The notes under the pieces: model-generated | Database searches by the model: none | The model's input: the letters and a program-made list of their open reading frames with translations, nothing else | What the model was told of the DNA's origin: nothing | Source of the DNA: Candidatus Latescibacterota bacterium | GTDB taxonomy: Bacteria > Latescibacterota > UBA2968 > UBA8231 | Assembly: GCA_965203175.1 (NCBI GenBank) | Contig: OZ241867.1 | Span: forward strand, 3,008,001 to 3,072,000 | Direction of reading: 5' to 3' | Length of the DNA: 64,000 nucleotides | Shown here: positions 46,857 to 56,139 of the stretch, piece by piece | How positions within the stretch are numbered: the first letter of the stretch is position 1 | Layout of the letters: every line of letters begins with the position of its first letter | Position numbers and translations under genes: made by a program

Positions 46857-47792
46857 ATGAAATCTCTGAGAATGCTTAGCGTTTTAGTTGGCTTGCTGCT
46901 CATCGTCCAATCAAGCGAGGGTGTTGTCAACATTCAGAATGTGGGTTCGGGCGCTCGTGCGCAGGGGTTGGGCAACAGCTTTGTGGCGGTGGCCGACAAT
47001 GCGGATGCGGTGTTTGCCAATCCGGCGGGGTTGGGTCAGGTGTCTCAGCGTCAGGCGTCGTATACGAATGTGTCGCTTTTGTATGCGGGCATTGAAGGCG
47101 ACGACTTGGGTCAGCACGTGGTGTCCTATGCGCAGCCATTGGGCGACAAGATGGGCTTGGGGTTGGGCTATGAGCGGATTGGTTCGTCTTTAATGAGCGA
47201 GAATGGGGCGTTTGTGTCGCTGTCGTATCAGGTGGAGCGTCGGCTGCAGGTGGGCTTGTCGGCCAAGTATTTATTTTGGAGTGTGGGGGCCATTCCCGAC
47301 GATGATGGTCGGGCGGATCCGTTGTCGAACCAGAGTGCGGGCAACGTCGGCTTGGATTTGGGCTTGTTGTGGCAGAGTCCGGTACAAGGGGCGCAGGTGG
47401 GGGTGTTGTTGAAGAATATCAATCAGCCGAATGTGGCCTTTGGCGAGGTTGCTGGGGATGCGGATGCGGGTGCGTTGCCGATGGATGTGCATGTGGGGGT
47501 TGGGTATCGTCTGAGCAGTCAGTCGTTGCTCTCGATTCAGTATGTGCGTCGCGACTTGACCGGGGAGGGATCGGATGACGGGTTGGTCGTTGGTGGGGAG
47601 ACGCAGTTGGTGGAGGGGTTGTTGTTGCGGGCGGGGGGGCGTCGTTTGTTGTCGGAGGATGCGGGTGGGGGGTTGAATGCGGGTTTGGGCTATCAGTGGA
47701 ACCAGTTGGTGTTCGACTATGCGTATGACATTGGTTTGGATTTGACCGAAACCAATGGCGCCCACCGGTTCTCCTTCGCATACGAATTCTAA
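46857..47792 (+). CDS. PorV/PorQ-family (FadL-like, T9SS-associated) outer-membrane beta-barrel
   Basis: GARAQGLGNSFVAVADNADAVFANPAGL N-terminal signature; LDLGLL, KNINQP, FDYAY, HRFSF, terminal Phe. Confidence 0.8.
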   Translation: MKSLRMLSVLVGLLLIVQSSEGVVNIQNVGSGARAQGLGNSFVAVADNADAVFANPAGLGQVSQRQASYTNVSLLYAGIEGDDLGQHVVSYAQPLGDKMGLGLGYERIGSSLMSENGAFVSLSYQVERRLQVGLSAKYLFWSVGAIPDDDGRADPLSNQSAGNVGLDLGLLWQSPVQGAQVGVLLKNINQPNVAFGEVAGDADAGALPMDVHVGVGYRLSSQSLLSIQYVRRDLTGEGSDDGLVVGGETQLVEGLLLRAGGRRLLSEDAGGGLNAGLGYQWNQLVFDYAYDIGLDLTETNGAHRFSFAYEF

Positions 47793-47849
47793 TACCAAAA
47801 AAGCCCCCGATGAACTCCAAACTAAGAACCTAGACAAGGAGATGCACAA

Positions 47850-50800
47850 ATGACGGTCTGGGCTGGACTTATCGCGCTGGGATTGGGGCTAGGAGCTAGC
47901 CTTTTCCTACCGGTGCCGCAAAATCTGAAAACCAATTTTGACGCCGGACAATCTCTCTACGCCCTCGGCGAGTTTGAAGGGGCGATCATCGAGTATTCAA
48001 AGATCGTCAAATTCAGTAGCAAGGCCGTGCGCACCGATAGTGTACGGGTGACGTTTGGCAACGACCTAGAATTGCCCGTAGTCGCGGCGGCTTGGTACCA
48101 GCTAGGCAATGCCTACAAAAAGAGCGGGCAACACGAAAAAGCGGTGGAAGCCTATCGCCAAGTTATCGACGCAGGGAATGTGACCGAGGATTTTAGGTCG
48201 TTGGTGCAGTTTCAAGTCGCCGAGACCCGGTTCTTCGCCAAAGAGTTCAGCGAGGCAGCAAAGGAATACAAGCGCTATGTCGAGCTATTCCCCGAGACGA
48301 GGGAAGCCGGCAAGGCGTATTTTTACGCGGGCTGGAGCGAGTTTAACACAAAAGAGTACGACCAGTCCATCGAAACGCTCAACGGCATGCTAGCGGCTTA
48401 TCCTCAAGATCGCTATGCGCCGGATTCCCAGTTCCGGATCGCCAGTGCACTTTATGAGAAGGGTGAGTACGGCGCAGCCGTCGATATGACCCAGATAGTC
48501 CTCGACAAATACCCCAATAGTCCGGTCATTGCCCAAGCCCTCTATCTGAAGGCCAATGCCTATGACCAGATGGGGCGAGACGCAGAGGCAATTAAATCCT
48601 ACCGCGATGTGCGCGACCTCTACGACCGGATGTTTGAACTCTTGCGCGGTTCGTTTCGCGAGGGTAAGAATGTCGACTTTGAAAACTATCGACAGCTCTT
48701 TGAGACCTCCTCGTTGCGCGTCGCTGAGATTTTCCGCAAAACAGACAAGTTTGAGGAAGCCTACAGAGAATTGATCGCCGCTCAAGAAACTGCCGAGGAG
48801 CGCTTTTACAAGGCCAAGGTGCAGATGAGAATCGGCGACAACTACATGGAGTGGGATAAGTTCGACCAGGCATGGACTGCTTACAACCAAGTGATTGAAC
48901 TCTACGGAGATACGCCCTATCCATCTAACGCTCAATATCAGAAAGGCGAAGCTAAATACTTTGCCGGAGACTACGACGCTGCCCGTGAAGACTATTTACA
49001 ACTATTGGAGGACTATCCAGATAGCGAGACGGGTTTGCGCTCCGCAGCGCTCTACAGCGCAGGCTGGTCTGCAGAGAAACTCGGCGCGGCGGACCAGGCT
49101 ATTGTGAGCTACACGCAGGCAGTGGACAACTTCCCTCGCTCTGACCAAGCGCCGCTGTGCTTGTTGCGCATCGCTCGGCTCAACTACGAGCAGCAGAAAG
49201 TCCAAGAGGCCATTGAAGCCTACAAGGCCATAACGGAGAGCTATCAGGATACGCGGCATACGGCCGATGCTTACTATGGCCTTGGTATTCTCTACCGGGA
49301 CGAAGGGCGGAAGGATGAGGCCATCGCTGCTTTTTCTAAGGTTGACCGCGATGCCCGCGAGACGTATATCGCTGCGCTGATTGAGGCAGCCAATCTCTAT
49401 ATTTCTCAAGATCGCATCGCCGAGGGGCGTGCGTTGCTCAATCAATTGCTGGAAGGCGTGACCGGCGACCGCGATTTGGAGGCTAGGGCCCATTTCCAGA
49501 TGGCCCAACTCGACCTCAACAATAAAAACTACGTCGACGCAGTCGAGCGCTACACCATGGTGCTTGAAGAGTACCCAGAAAGCGATGTCATTCGCGACAC
49601 CCGCTACGGCCGTGCATTGGCCTACCACTATTCGGGCCGTTACGACCGTGCGCTAGTCGATTACAAGTGGCTGTTGGACACCAAGATTCCCAAGGCGATG
49701 CAGCTAAAGGTCTCGTTCTCGATGGCACTCTCGTACTCGGCGGAAGGCAATGACGACGAGGCGGAGAAGCTGCTGAATGAGGTCATTGCTTCAGGAGACG
49801 AGAGCTTAGTGCGTTCGGCGCGACTGCAGTTGATCTCAATGGCCGAAAAGAAGGGCAATCCAGAGGAAGCGGTGCGCATCTACGAGGAGATGTTGGCTAC
49901 CACTACCTCTAGCGAGGACCGGGAGCGCTTGCTCATTCGCTTGGCCAATGCCTACTTCAAACTAGATAAGTTCCAGCAGAGTATTGAAGCGGCTCAGGAG
50001 CTAATCGACTTGGCCGTCAATGTCGAGAGCATTGCCAATGCGCTTTTCGTCCAAGGCAACTGTTTCTATAGGTCGGAGCAGTTCGTCCAAGCGATTGCCA
50101 CGTATAACACCATTATCGAAAACTATCCGCAGATTGCTTGGGCCAAAAATGCCCAGTTCCAGATCGGCGTAGCTTATAACAGACTATCGGCTAACGGCAA
50201 TGTCGAAGTGCTACCAGCGATGTCAAAGGCGTTTAATACCTATTACACCCAATATCCCGATGACGACCGCGCTGTGCATGCCTATTACTACGATGCTTGG
50301 GCGCATTATCGAATGGGTAAATGGCGTACTGCCAGCGATGTTTTTGCTGGCCTAGCGGATCAGTATCCGCAGTCCCGCTATGCATCTGAAGCGCTTTTTC
50401 GCGCTGGCGATGCCCTGTTTAATATGACCAACGTGAGCGGCTTGGAGGAAAAAAACCGGAATTTCCTAGATGCCATGGTCTTCTATGACCGAATCATTAA
50501 GCGCTATCCTAAGTCGAGCTACGTGGACGATGCGCTTTACAACAAGGCTTGGTGTCTGATCAACCTCGACCGCCAGGAAGAAGCGGTGCCGGTCTTTGAG
50601 CGAATCGTCGCTCAATATCCCAATGGTACTTATGGGGCACGTAGCCAGTTTACGCTCGGAGACTACTATTACGGCCTCAAGGACTACGAGAAGGCCACCG
50701 AGAGCTACCGGGCTTTCTTGGAGCGTTTTCCCGCTGATAAGCTAATTGCCCAAGATCGAGCACTGCCGAAAAAGGCAAGGACTCTGCTCGGACATTTGGC

Positions 50801-51095
50801 TGAGATCGATGCCTACAATATTTATGCAATGGGCGAAAAGCTCTTAGCCGAGAAGAATTACGACGAGGCAATGGCGATCTTTAAGGAAGTGCAGCAGAAG
50901 TACCCCAAGAGCGACCAGGCTGTCAATTCGTTGGTCAACATCGGTGCCGCCCACATGGCCCAAGAGGAATTCCGCCAAGCCGGTGCCGTCTTTCAGGAGG
51001 TCGTCGACAACTATGGCGACAACCCCAAGTACAGGACGCAGGTAGACTATGCCAGAGAGCAGCTACAGGTAATGCAGGAAGCTCGCGTCCTATAA
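47850..51095 (+). CDS. 1081-aa membrane-anchored TPR solenoid protein (CpoB/BamD-like repeats)
   Basis: N-terminal hydrophobic segment, then continuous TPRs with YPxS-type linkers. Confidence 0.88.
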   Translation: MTVWAGLIALGLGLGASLFLPVPQNLKTNFDAGQSLYALGEFEGAIIEYSKIVKFSSKAVRTDSVRVTFGNDLELPVVAAAWYQLGNAYKKSGQHEKAVEAYRQVIDAGNVTEDFRSLVQFQVAETRFFAKEFSEAAKEYKRYVELFPETREAGKAYFYAGWSEFNTKEYDQSIETLNGMLAAYPQDRYAPDSQFRIASALYEKGEYGAAVDMTQIVLDKYPNSPVIAQALYLKANAYDQMGRDAEAIKSYRDVRDLYDRMFELLRGSFREGKNVDFENYRQLFETSSLRVAEIFRKTDKFEEAYRELIAAQETAEERFYKAKVQMRIGDNYMEWDKFDQAWTAYNQVIELYGDTPYPSNAQYQKGEAKYFAGDYDAAREDYLQLLEDYPDSETGLRSAALYSAGWSAEKLGAADQAIVSYTQAVDNFPRSDQAPLCLLRIARLNYEQQKVQEAIEAYKAITESYQDTRHTADAYYGLGILYRDEGRKDEAIAAFSKVDRDARETYIAALIEAANLYISQDRIAEGRALLNQLLEGVTGDRDLEARAHFQMAQLDLNNKNYVDAVERYTMVLEEYPESDVIRDTRYGRALAYHYSGRYDRALVDYKWLLDTKIPKAMQLKVSFSMALSYSAEGNDDEAEKLLNEVIASGDESLVRSARLQLISMAEKKGNPEEAVRIYEEMLATTTSSEDRERLLIRLANAYFKLDKFQQSIEAAQELIDLAVNVESIANALFVQGNCFYRSEQFVQAIATYNTIIENYPQIAWAKNAQFQIGVAYNRLSANGNVEVLPAMSKAFNTYYTQYPDDDRAVHAYYYDAWAHYRMGKWRTASDVFAGLADQYPQSRYASEALFRAGDALFNMTNVSGLEEKNRNFLDAMVFYDRIIKRYPKSSYVDDALYNKAWCLINLDRQEEAVPVFERIVAQYPNGTYGARSQFTLGDYYYGLKDYEKATESYRAFLERFPADKLIAQDRALPKKARTLLGHLAEIDAYNIYAMGEKLLAEKNYDEAMAIFKEVQQKYPKSDQAVNSLVNIGAAHMAQEEFRQAGAVFQEVVDNYGDNPKYRTQVDYAREQLQVMQEARVL

Positions 51096-51138
51096 CCCTG
51101 ATTTCTTTGCGTCCTAACTTTAAGGAGGGAGAAAGAAA

Positions 51139-51792
51139 ATGATTGAACTTTTTCGAGAAGGCGGACCTTTCATGTATCCTTTGATGCTCTGGTCTATGCT
51201 GTCTATTGCGTTCTTTCTCGAGCGCATCTGGACGTATGCACGGCTGCGCTCTGAGGATCAATTGGCCGAAATCACCAACGATATCAACTCGCGTATCGAC
51301 TCGGGTGCTTCCCTTGACCAACTCAGAGAGTACTGCGCCGAGGTTGGCAAGCTCGAAGGCGAGGTGTACGGCGAGGGGATCGAGCGCTTTGAGCACTTAT
51401 CGCGCGAGCAACGCACGATGGAGGAGATGCGCGAGGAAATGAACGGCACGGTTGAACGCGCCGCCTTGGGGTATCTCGAACGGTATCTGGCCGTTATCGA
51501 CTTCGTGTCCAAATCCGTGGTGTTGCTCGGTCTACTAGGCACGGTCAACGGTATGATCAACGCTTTTGAAGGTATTGCGGAAAAGGGTCTCGGTGAGCCG
51601 ACGATCGTCGCCGCAGGTATTTCCGAAGCACTGATCACTACAGTTACAGGTCTGGTGATCGCCGTGCCTTCAATCGCCATCTTCACGTACTTTAGCAACC
51701 GCGCCACGGGCAAGTCCGTTGAGTTTGAAGCATATGGCCACGGTTTCGTCGACGCCCTATTGCGCCGTTGGCAAGGCACCCAAGCTGCCTAA
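51139..51792 (+). CDS. exbB: MotA/TolQ/ExbB proton-channel family protein
   Basis: GGPFMYPL, LLGLLGTVNGMI, GISEALITTVTGLVIAVP. Confidence 0.93.
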   Translation: MIELFREGGPFMYPLMLWSMLSIAFFLERIWTYARLRSEDQLAEITNDINSRIDSGASLDQLREYCAEVGKLEGEVYGEGIERFEHLSREQRTMEEMREEMNGTVERAALGYLERYLAVIDFVSKSVVLLGLLGTVNGMINAFEGIAEKGLGEPTIVAAGISEALITTVTGLVIAVPSIAIFTYFSNRATGKSVEFEAYGHGFVDALLRRWQGTQAA

Positions 51793-51821
51793 GGGCGGCC
51801 TTTTTAGGAGGCATGAAATAG

Positions 51822-52229
51822 ATGGCTGAGAGAGTAGAAAAAAAAGAACTGAACATGCCCGATCTGACGCCGATGATCGATGTGGTCTTTCAGCTACTCA
51901 TCTTCTTCATGGTGACTGCTGTGTTCGCCATTACTCCGGGTTTGGACATCAAATTGCCCGAGGCCGAAGAGGCTCAGGCTCCGGAGAAGGAAAACCTCTT
52001 TATCGTTGTGGATCAGGACGGCAACATGAAGCTGAACCACAAGTCGGTGACCTTTGCGACCCTCAAAGAGGAATTGCAGGCGAAGAGACAGCTACTAGAC
52101 AACACCACGATGATTATCATCCAAGGAGATGAGCGCTCCACGCACGGACAAATCGTCCAGATCATGGACATCGCTCGCCAAGTGGGTGTCATTGATCAGG
52201 TCATCGCCACGGAACCGCAGCGCAACTAA
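51822..52229 (+). CDS. exbD: ExbD/TolR family protein
   Basis: DLTPMIDVVFQLLIFFMVT with the conserved Asp; IQGD..., IMD. Confidence 0.95.
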   Translation: MAERVEKKELNMPDLTPMIDVVFQLLIFFMVTAVFAITPGLDIKLPEAEEAQAPEKENLFIVVDQDGNMKLNHKSVTFATLKEELQAKRQLLDNTTMIIIQGDERSTHGQIVQIMDIARQVGVIDQVIATEPQRN

Positions 52230-52266
52230 GTGAGGGTTCTAGGCCCTTCCAAGAGGGGGAAGAACT

Positions 52267-53643
52267 GTGGTAGACGAGTATAGAGTAGACGAATATAAAA
52301 AAGCAGTACAGGCCCAGCGCCAAAAAACGGCCTATATAGCGGTCGGCGCAGCCTTTCTCATTCACGTACTTTTCATCCTGTCCAAGTGGGTGGTAATCGC
52401 CGCCGGCTTGGCGGGTGCCGGGGTGCTGGTATATGCCCTGTATTCAGCTACCACCGGCCGTCGGCTGAACATGGGCGTGGCCTTTATGCTCTCGGTAGCT
52501 ATTCACGCTGGCGTCTTCGTTTACGATCATCTCTTTGGCATTGGCGAAGAAGAGACAAAGGAGGCGCTAATCATTTTCCGTGCTCCTCCGCCAATTCTCG
52601 AAAAGAACTTCGACTTAGCCAAACGTCCCGAGATATCCGAAGTGCAGATGGAGATGCTGCAGTCGATGGCACCGCCGGATTTGCCGCAGGATATATCGGC
52701 GATAGCCGATGTTAGCGCGGTAGGTAGCGACCTGCTGAGTTCGGTCTTGCCTGGTACGCAGGTCTTGGGTGCCTTTTCAGGTGCCAAGGCCGAAGAACTA
52801 GCCTTCGACGAGGTCGCGATGATCGAACTGGCTGAAACGTCGGCACCGGTGCAAGAGGCTCTGAGTCTGAGACACGAATTACTCAATGTCGGCGACTTGG
52901 ACATCGGTCGCTATCAAGCGATCTTGATTCAGGACCCAGACAACAAACGCGCTATCCGCGGCTTCTTTAACATGACAGTCATTGACTACGACATCGCAGA
53001 CAAGAACCGCGATCGGTTCCCAACTGCGGTAGAGGAGTTGATGCGCTATATGCGCGATCATACCCAAATTAATGCCCGAATTGAGGGCACTACCTTGGAA
53101 TTTTCGGATCCGCGCATCATGGACGCCCCCATGATTTACGTGACGGGCAATGATGCCGTCTTGCAAATCAGCAATACAGAGAAGACCAACTTAGGTGATT
53201 ATCTCAAGAACGGTGGTTTTCTCTATGCCGAGGAGATTCGCCAAAGCGACGCTGAGAACGGACTTGATGGCAAGGAAGCTGGAGTTTCGGGTACGCCGTT
53301 TGACCGGCAGTTCAAGGCCCTGATGAAAGATCCGCTGGTGCTGGGTAGCGATGGCTCCAAGTGGCAGAAAGTGCCCAAGAGCCACGATCTCTACTATAGC
53401 TTCTGGGATTTTCCCGATGGCCCGCCGATGGGAGGCGCACCCGCTGGCAATGTGTTCGACTTGGAGATGCTGGAACTGCGCGGTCGGGTTGCAGTGGTTT
53501 TCAGCGACCTGAATATTAGCTGGTACTGGGGAGACCCGCTGGCCGATGCACGAGAGCGCGGATTGCAGTTTGGGGTTAACCTAATCGTCTACGCGTTGAC
53601 CCAACCGGGTGGCATCGCCAATGTGACCCAATTTACCCAATAA
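52267..53643 (+). CDS. TonB/TolA-like membrane anchor (SxxxH) plus linker and C-terminal DUF4159-like domain
   Basis: TM segments incl. MLSVAIHAGV; acidic/Pro linker; PMIYVTG, LGDYLKNGGFL, HDLY.SFWDF, GRVAVVFS, FGVNLIVYALT. Confidence 0.75.
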   Translation: MVDEYRVDEYKKAVQAQRQKTAYIAVGAAFLIHVLFILSKWVVIAAGLAGAGVLVYALYSATTGRRLNMGVAFMLSVAIHAGVFVYDHLFGIGEEETKEALIIFRAPPPILEKNFDLAKRPEISEVQMEMLQSMAPPDLPQDISAIADVSAVGSDLLSSVLPGTQVLGAFSGAKAEELAFDEVAMIELAETSAPVQEALSLRHELLNVGDLDIGRYQAILIQDPDNKRAIRGFFNMTVIDYDIADKNRDRFPTAVEELMRYMRDHTQINARIEGTTLEFSDPRIMDAPMIYVTGNDAVLQISNTEKTNLGDYLKNGGFLYAEEIRQSDAENGLDGKEAGVSGTPFDRQFKALMKDPLVLGSDGSKWQKVPKSHDLYYSFWDFPDGPPMGGAPAGNVFDLEMLELRGRVAVVFSDLNISWYWGDPLADARERGLQFGVNLIVYALTQPGGIANVTQFTQ

Positions 53644-53666
53644 ACACCTCCCATACGGCAAGAGGT

Positions 53667-53706
53667 ACAGGTGCCCTACCGATGAACTGATCGGTAGGGC
53701 ACCTGT
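53667..53706. terminator. Perfect 17-bp stem-loop between convergent genes
   Basis: ACAGGTGCCCTACCGAT-GAACTG-ATCGGTAGGGCACCTGT followed by GTTT. Confidence 0.8.
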
Positions 53707-53741
53707 GTTTCGGCCGTTCCTCCACCAGCTTCGGCCTTTTT

Positions 53742-55031
53742 TTAGGTCGATCTTCTTATCTGGTCCCAGACGTCGAAGTATGTTGGAAAGGTTTTGCCGA
53801 CGCATCTCGGGTCATTGATGCGGATTCCGGGCACTCGCAATCCGACTAGGGCAAAACTCATAGCTACTCGGTGATCCTTATAGGTATCGATGGTGCTGCC
53901 TTTAGGCTTAGACGGCGCGATGGTAACGCCATCTCTATGCTCTTCTACTTTCACGCCGAGCCGACGCAATTGGGCGACCATAGCAGCAATCCGGTCGGTC
54001 TCCTGCCAGCGCGTGTGCTCGATGTTGCGGATACGCACTGGATTCGTGGCAAAGGGTGCAATCGCGGCCAGCGTAAGCGAAGTATCCGATATAGCCTTCA
54101 TATCGACGTCTATTCCCCTGAGTCGATTTGGGCCGATCACCTCAACTCCGTGGGCGTAACGGTTGACTGTGCATCCCATCTTCTCGAGCACATCGATGAA
54201 GTGGATATCGCCTTGGGCTGAGTCGGCGGAGATATCGACTACGCGCACCCGGCCGCCATTGAGCGCAGCGGCAGCAAAGAAGTACGAGGCGTTGGAAGCA
54301 TCCGGTTCAATGGCGTAGGCACGGGGCTTATAGCATTGGCCGCCGGCGACGCGAAAACGCCGGTAATCGTCGTGTTGTACCTCGATTCCGAATGCCTGCA
54401 TTACCGCCATAGTGATGTCGATATATTCGGTTTTGAACTCGCCGACCATCTCGATTTCCAAGCCGTTGTCCGTGTAGGGTGCGACTAGCAGCAGCGAGGT
54501 AAGGAACTGGCTGCTCTTGCTGGCGTCGAGCTGGGTTTTTCCGCCTTTGAACCCCTTGGCTTGCACCTCTACTGGCAGGCATCCGTTGGCAAAGCGCGAA
54601 CGTGCGTCGATACCGAGTTGGCCGAGCGCGTCGAGCAGGTCGGAAATCGGCCGGCTCTGGCGCATGGGCGCGTCGCCGTCGATGATGAAAGTCCCGTTGC
54701 CGAGCGCGACATAACTCGTGATCGACCGAGAGGTAGTGCCCGAATTGCCAATGTACAGCTCGGCACCATTGGTGGGGATCCGTCCACCATTGCCTGTGAC
54801 TGTAAAGCTGGCCGCCTTTGGATCGGCCTCTATAGAGACGCCGAGTTTGCGCAATGCTTGAACCATGTAGTCGGTATCGTCGCTAAAGAGTGCACCCGTA
54901 AGGTGCGATTCTCCGTTGACTAGTGCTGCAACTAGCAACGCCCGGTTGGTGTAGCTTTTGGACCCGGGTACGGCGACCACGGCATCGAGTGGCTCTTGCA
55001 GAGGTTGTATTTCGAGCGAATCGGCGTTCAT
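53742..55031 (-). CDS. aroA: 3-phosphoshikimate 1-carboxyvinyltransferase (EPSP synthase)
   Basis: PGSKSYTNR, GNSGT, SSQFLTSLL, EPDAS, ETDRI, DHRVAM, KTFP. Confidence 0.97.
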   Translation of the reverse strand: MNADSLEIQPLQEPLDAVVAVPGSKSYTNRALLVAALVNGESHLTGALFSDDTDYMVQALRKLGVSIEADPKAASFTVTGNGGRIPTNGAELYIGNSGTTSRSITSYVALGNGTFIIDGDAPMRQSRPISDLLDALGQLGIDARSRFANGCLPVEVQAKGFKGGKTQLDASKSSQFLTSLLLVAPYTDNGLEIEMVGEFKTEYIDITMAVMQAFGIEVQHDDYRRFRVAGGQCYKPRAYAIEPDASNASYFFAAAALNGGRVRVVDISADSAQGDIHFIDVLEKMGCTVNRYAHGVEVIGPNRLRGIDVDMKAISDTSLTLAAIAPFATNPVRIRNIEHTRWQETDRIAAMVAQLRRLGVKVEEHRDGVTIAPSKPKGSTIDTYKDHRVAMSFALVGLRVPGIRINDPRCVGKTFPTYFDVWDQIRRST

Positions 55032-55170
55032 GTTTAGCTGACAGCGGTGGTTGGGTGGTATTACGCGTGCGGCACAAGGCCGCTACATAATCTGGTATTT
55101 CGCGGAGCTTTGAGCAATGCTGGAGGATGCTGGAGTTTTCCGCTACCTTTATTCGCGAAAGGAGCGCGCC

Positions 55171-56067
55171 ATGCCGTCAGACAAGACGCCGGACGAGATC
55201 AAAAACTTACTTGAGGGTCCGGTCAACTCCATTCCCACTACCTTTTTGCCCAATGGTCAGCTAGACTGGGAAGGCATCGGTCGCATAATCGACGTCGGCA
55301 TTGCCAGCGGCAGCAGGATCAGCTTGCTGACCTACGGGGACAGCCAGTTCGAGTTCCTCAGCGACGAAGAGGTTGCTCAGCTCACCCGCTTTTTGGTCGA
55401 CCGGGTCGCCGGACGGGCGTTGACGGTGGCGGCTACTCGGCGCTGGCCGGATGATCGGGCGGTCCAATTCGCCGAGTATTGCCGCAGCTGGGGAGCCGAC
55501 GTGCTGATGGTGCTGCCACCGGAACAAGCCCAGCCACAAGGCAAAATCATCCAATACCGCAAAGTAGCCCAAGTAATGCCCCTGATGTTGGTGGGGTATC
55601 CTCCCTATGAAATCCTCGACGCGCTACTCGACGTGCCCAACATCTGCATCTTCAAAGAAGACGGCACACTCGAATACGCAAAGGCGACTGTGCACCGCTA
55701 TGGTGATCGGTGGAAGTTCATGACCGGCGGGGGTCTATGGCGCAATTTCGCACAATGGCCCTGCGGTATCCGCGCCTTTTTCTGCTATCCATCTTCGTTT
55801 GCTCCCCATATAGCACAAAGCTACTGGCGGGCCTTCCAAGACGGCGATGCCAAAACGGCCCAGACCATCATCACTCAAATCGAAGAACCCTTCTGGGGAG
55901 TGGCCACAGATGTGCTAGGCGGCGGTCAGGCCGTATGGCGCACTGCGCTCGAACTCAACGGCATTGCCTCGCGCTGGTTGCGCCCGCCTATGGTGACGGC
56001 CACAGCCGAGGAGGTGGAGAAGATCGGTGCCGTCTTGGATGCCATCGGGCTTATAAATCCCCTCTGA
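55171..56067 (+). CDS. Dihydrodipicolinate synthase / N-acetylneuraminate lyase family aldolase
   Basis: PTTF, LSDEE, GADVLMVLPP, Schiff-base Lys in IFKED, LRPP; start ATG 55171 after AAGGAG. Confidence 0.82.
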   Translation: MPSDKTPDEIKNLLEGPVNSIPTTFLPNGQLDWEGIGRIIDVGIASGSRISLLTYGDSQFEFLSDEEVAQLTRFLVDRVAGRALTVAATRRWPDDRAVQFAEYCRSWGADVLMVLPPEQAQPQGKIIQYRKVAQVMPLMLVGYPPYEILDALLDVPNICIFKEDGTLEYAKATVHRYGDRWKFMTGGGLWRNFAQWPCGIRAFFCYPSSFAPHIAQSYWRAFQDGDAKTAQTIITQIEEPFWGVATDVLGGGQAVWRTALELNGIASRWLRPPMVTATAEEVEKIGAVLDAIGLINPL

Positions 56068-56139
56068 GCGAAACCCCCTTCTTCCGGTAACTGAATCTCG
56101 GTTCAATTACCTAGTTTGTCTGCTTCGCTCTAAGACGGA

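Noticed and set aside
46857-47792. Diversity-generating retroelement or phase-variation cassette explaining the compositional block
   Set aside because: No reverse transcriptase, recombinase or template/variable repeat pair within the window.
47271-47849. Minus-strand Pro/His/Thr/Gln-rich ORFs (47271..47849, 47419..47820)
   Set aside because: Antisense shadows of the G+T-rich porV-like gene.
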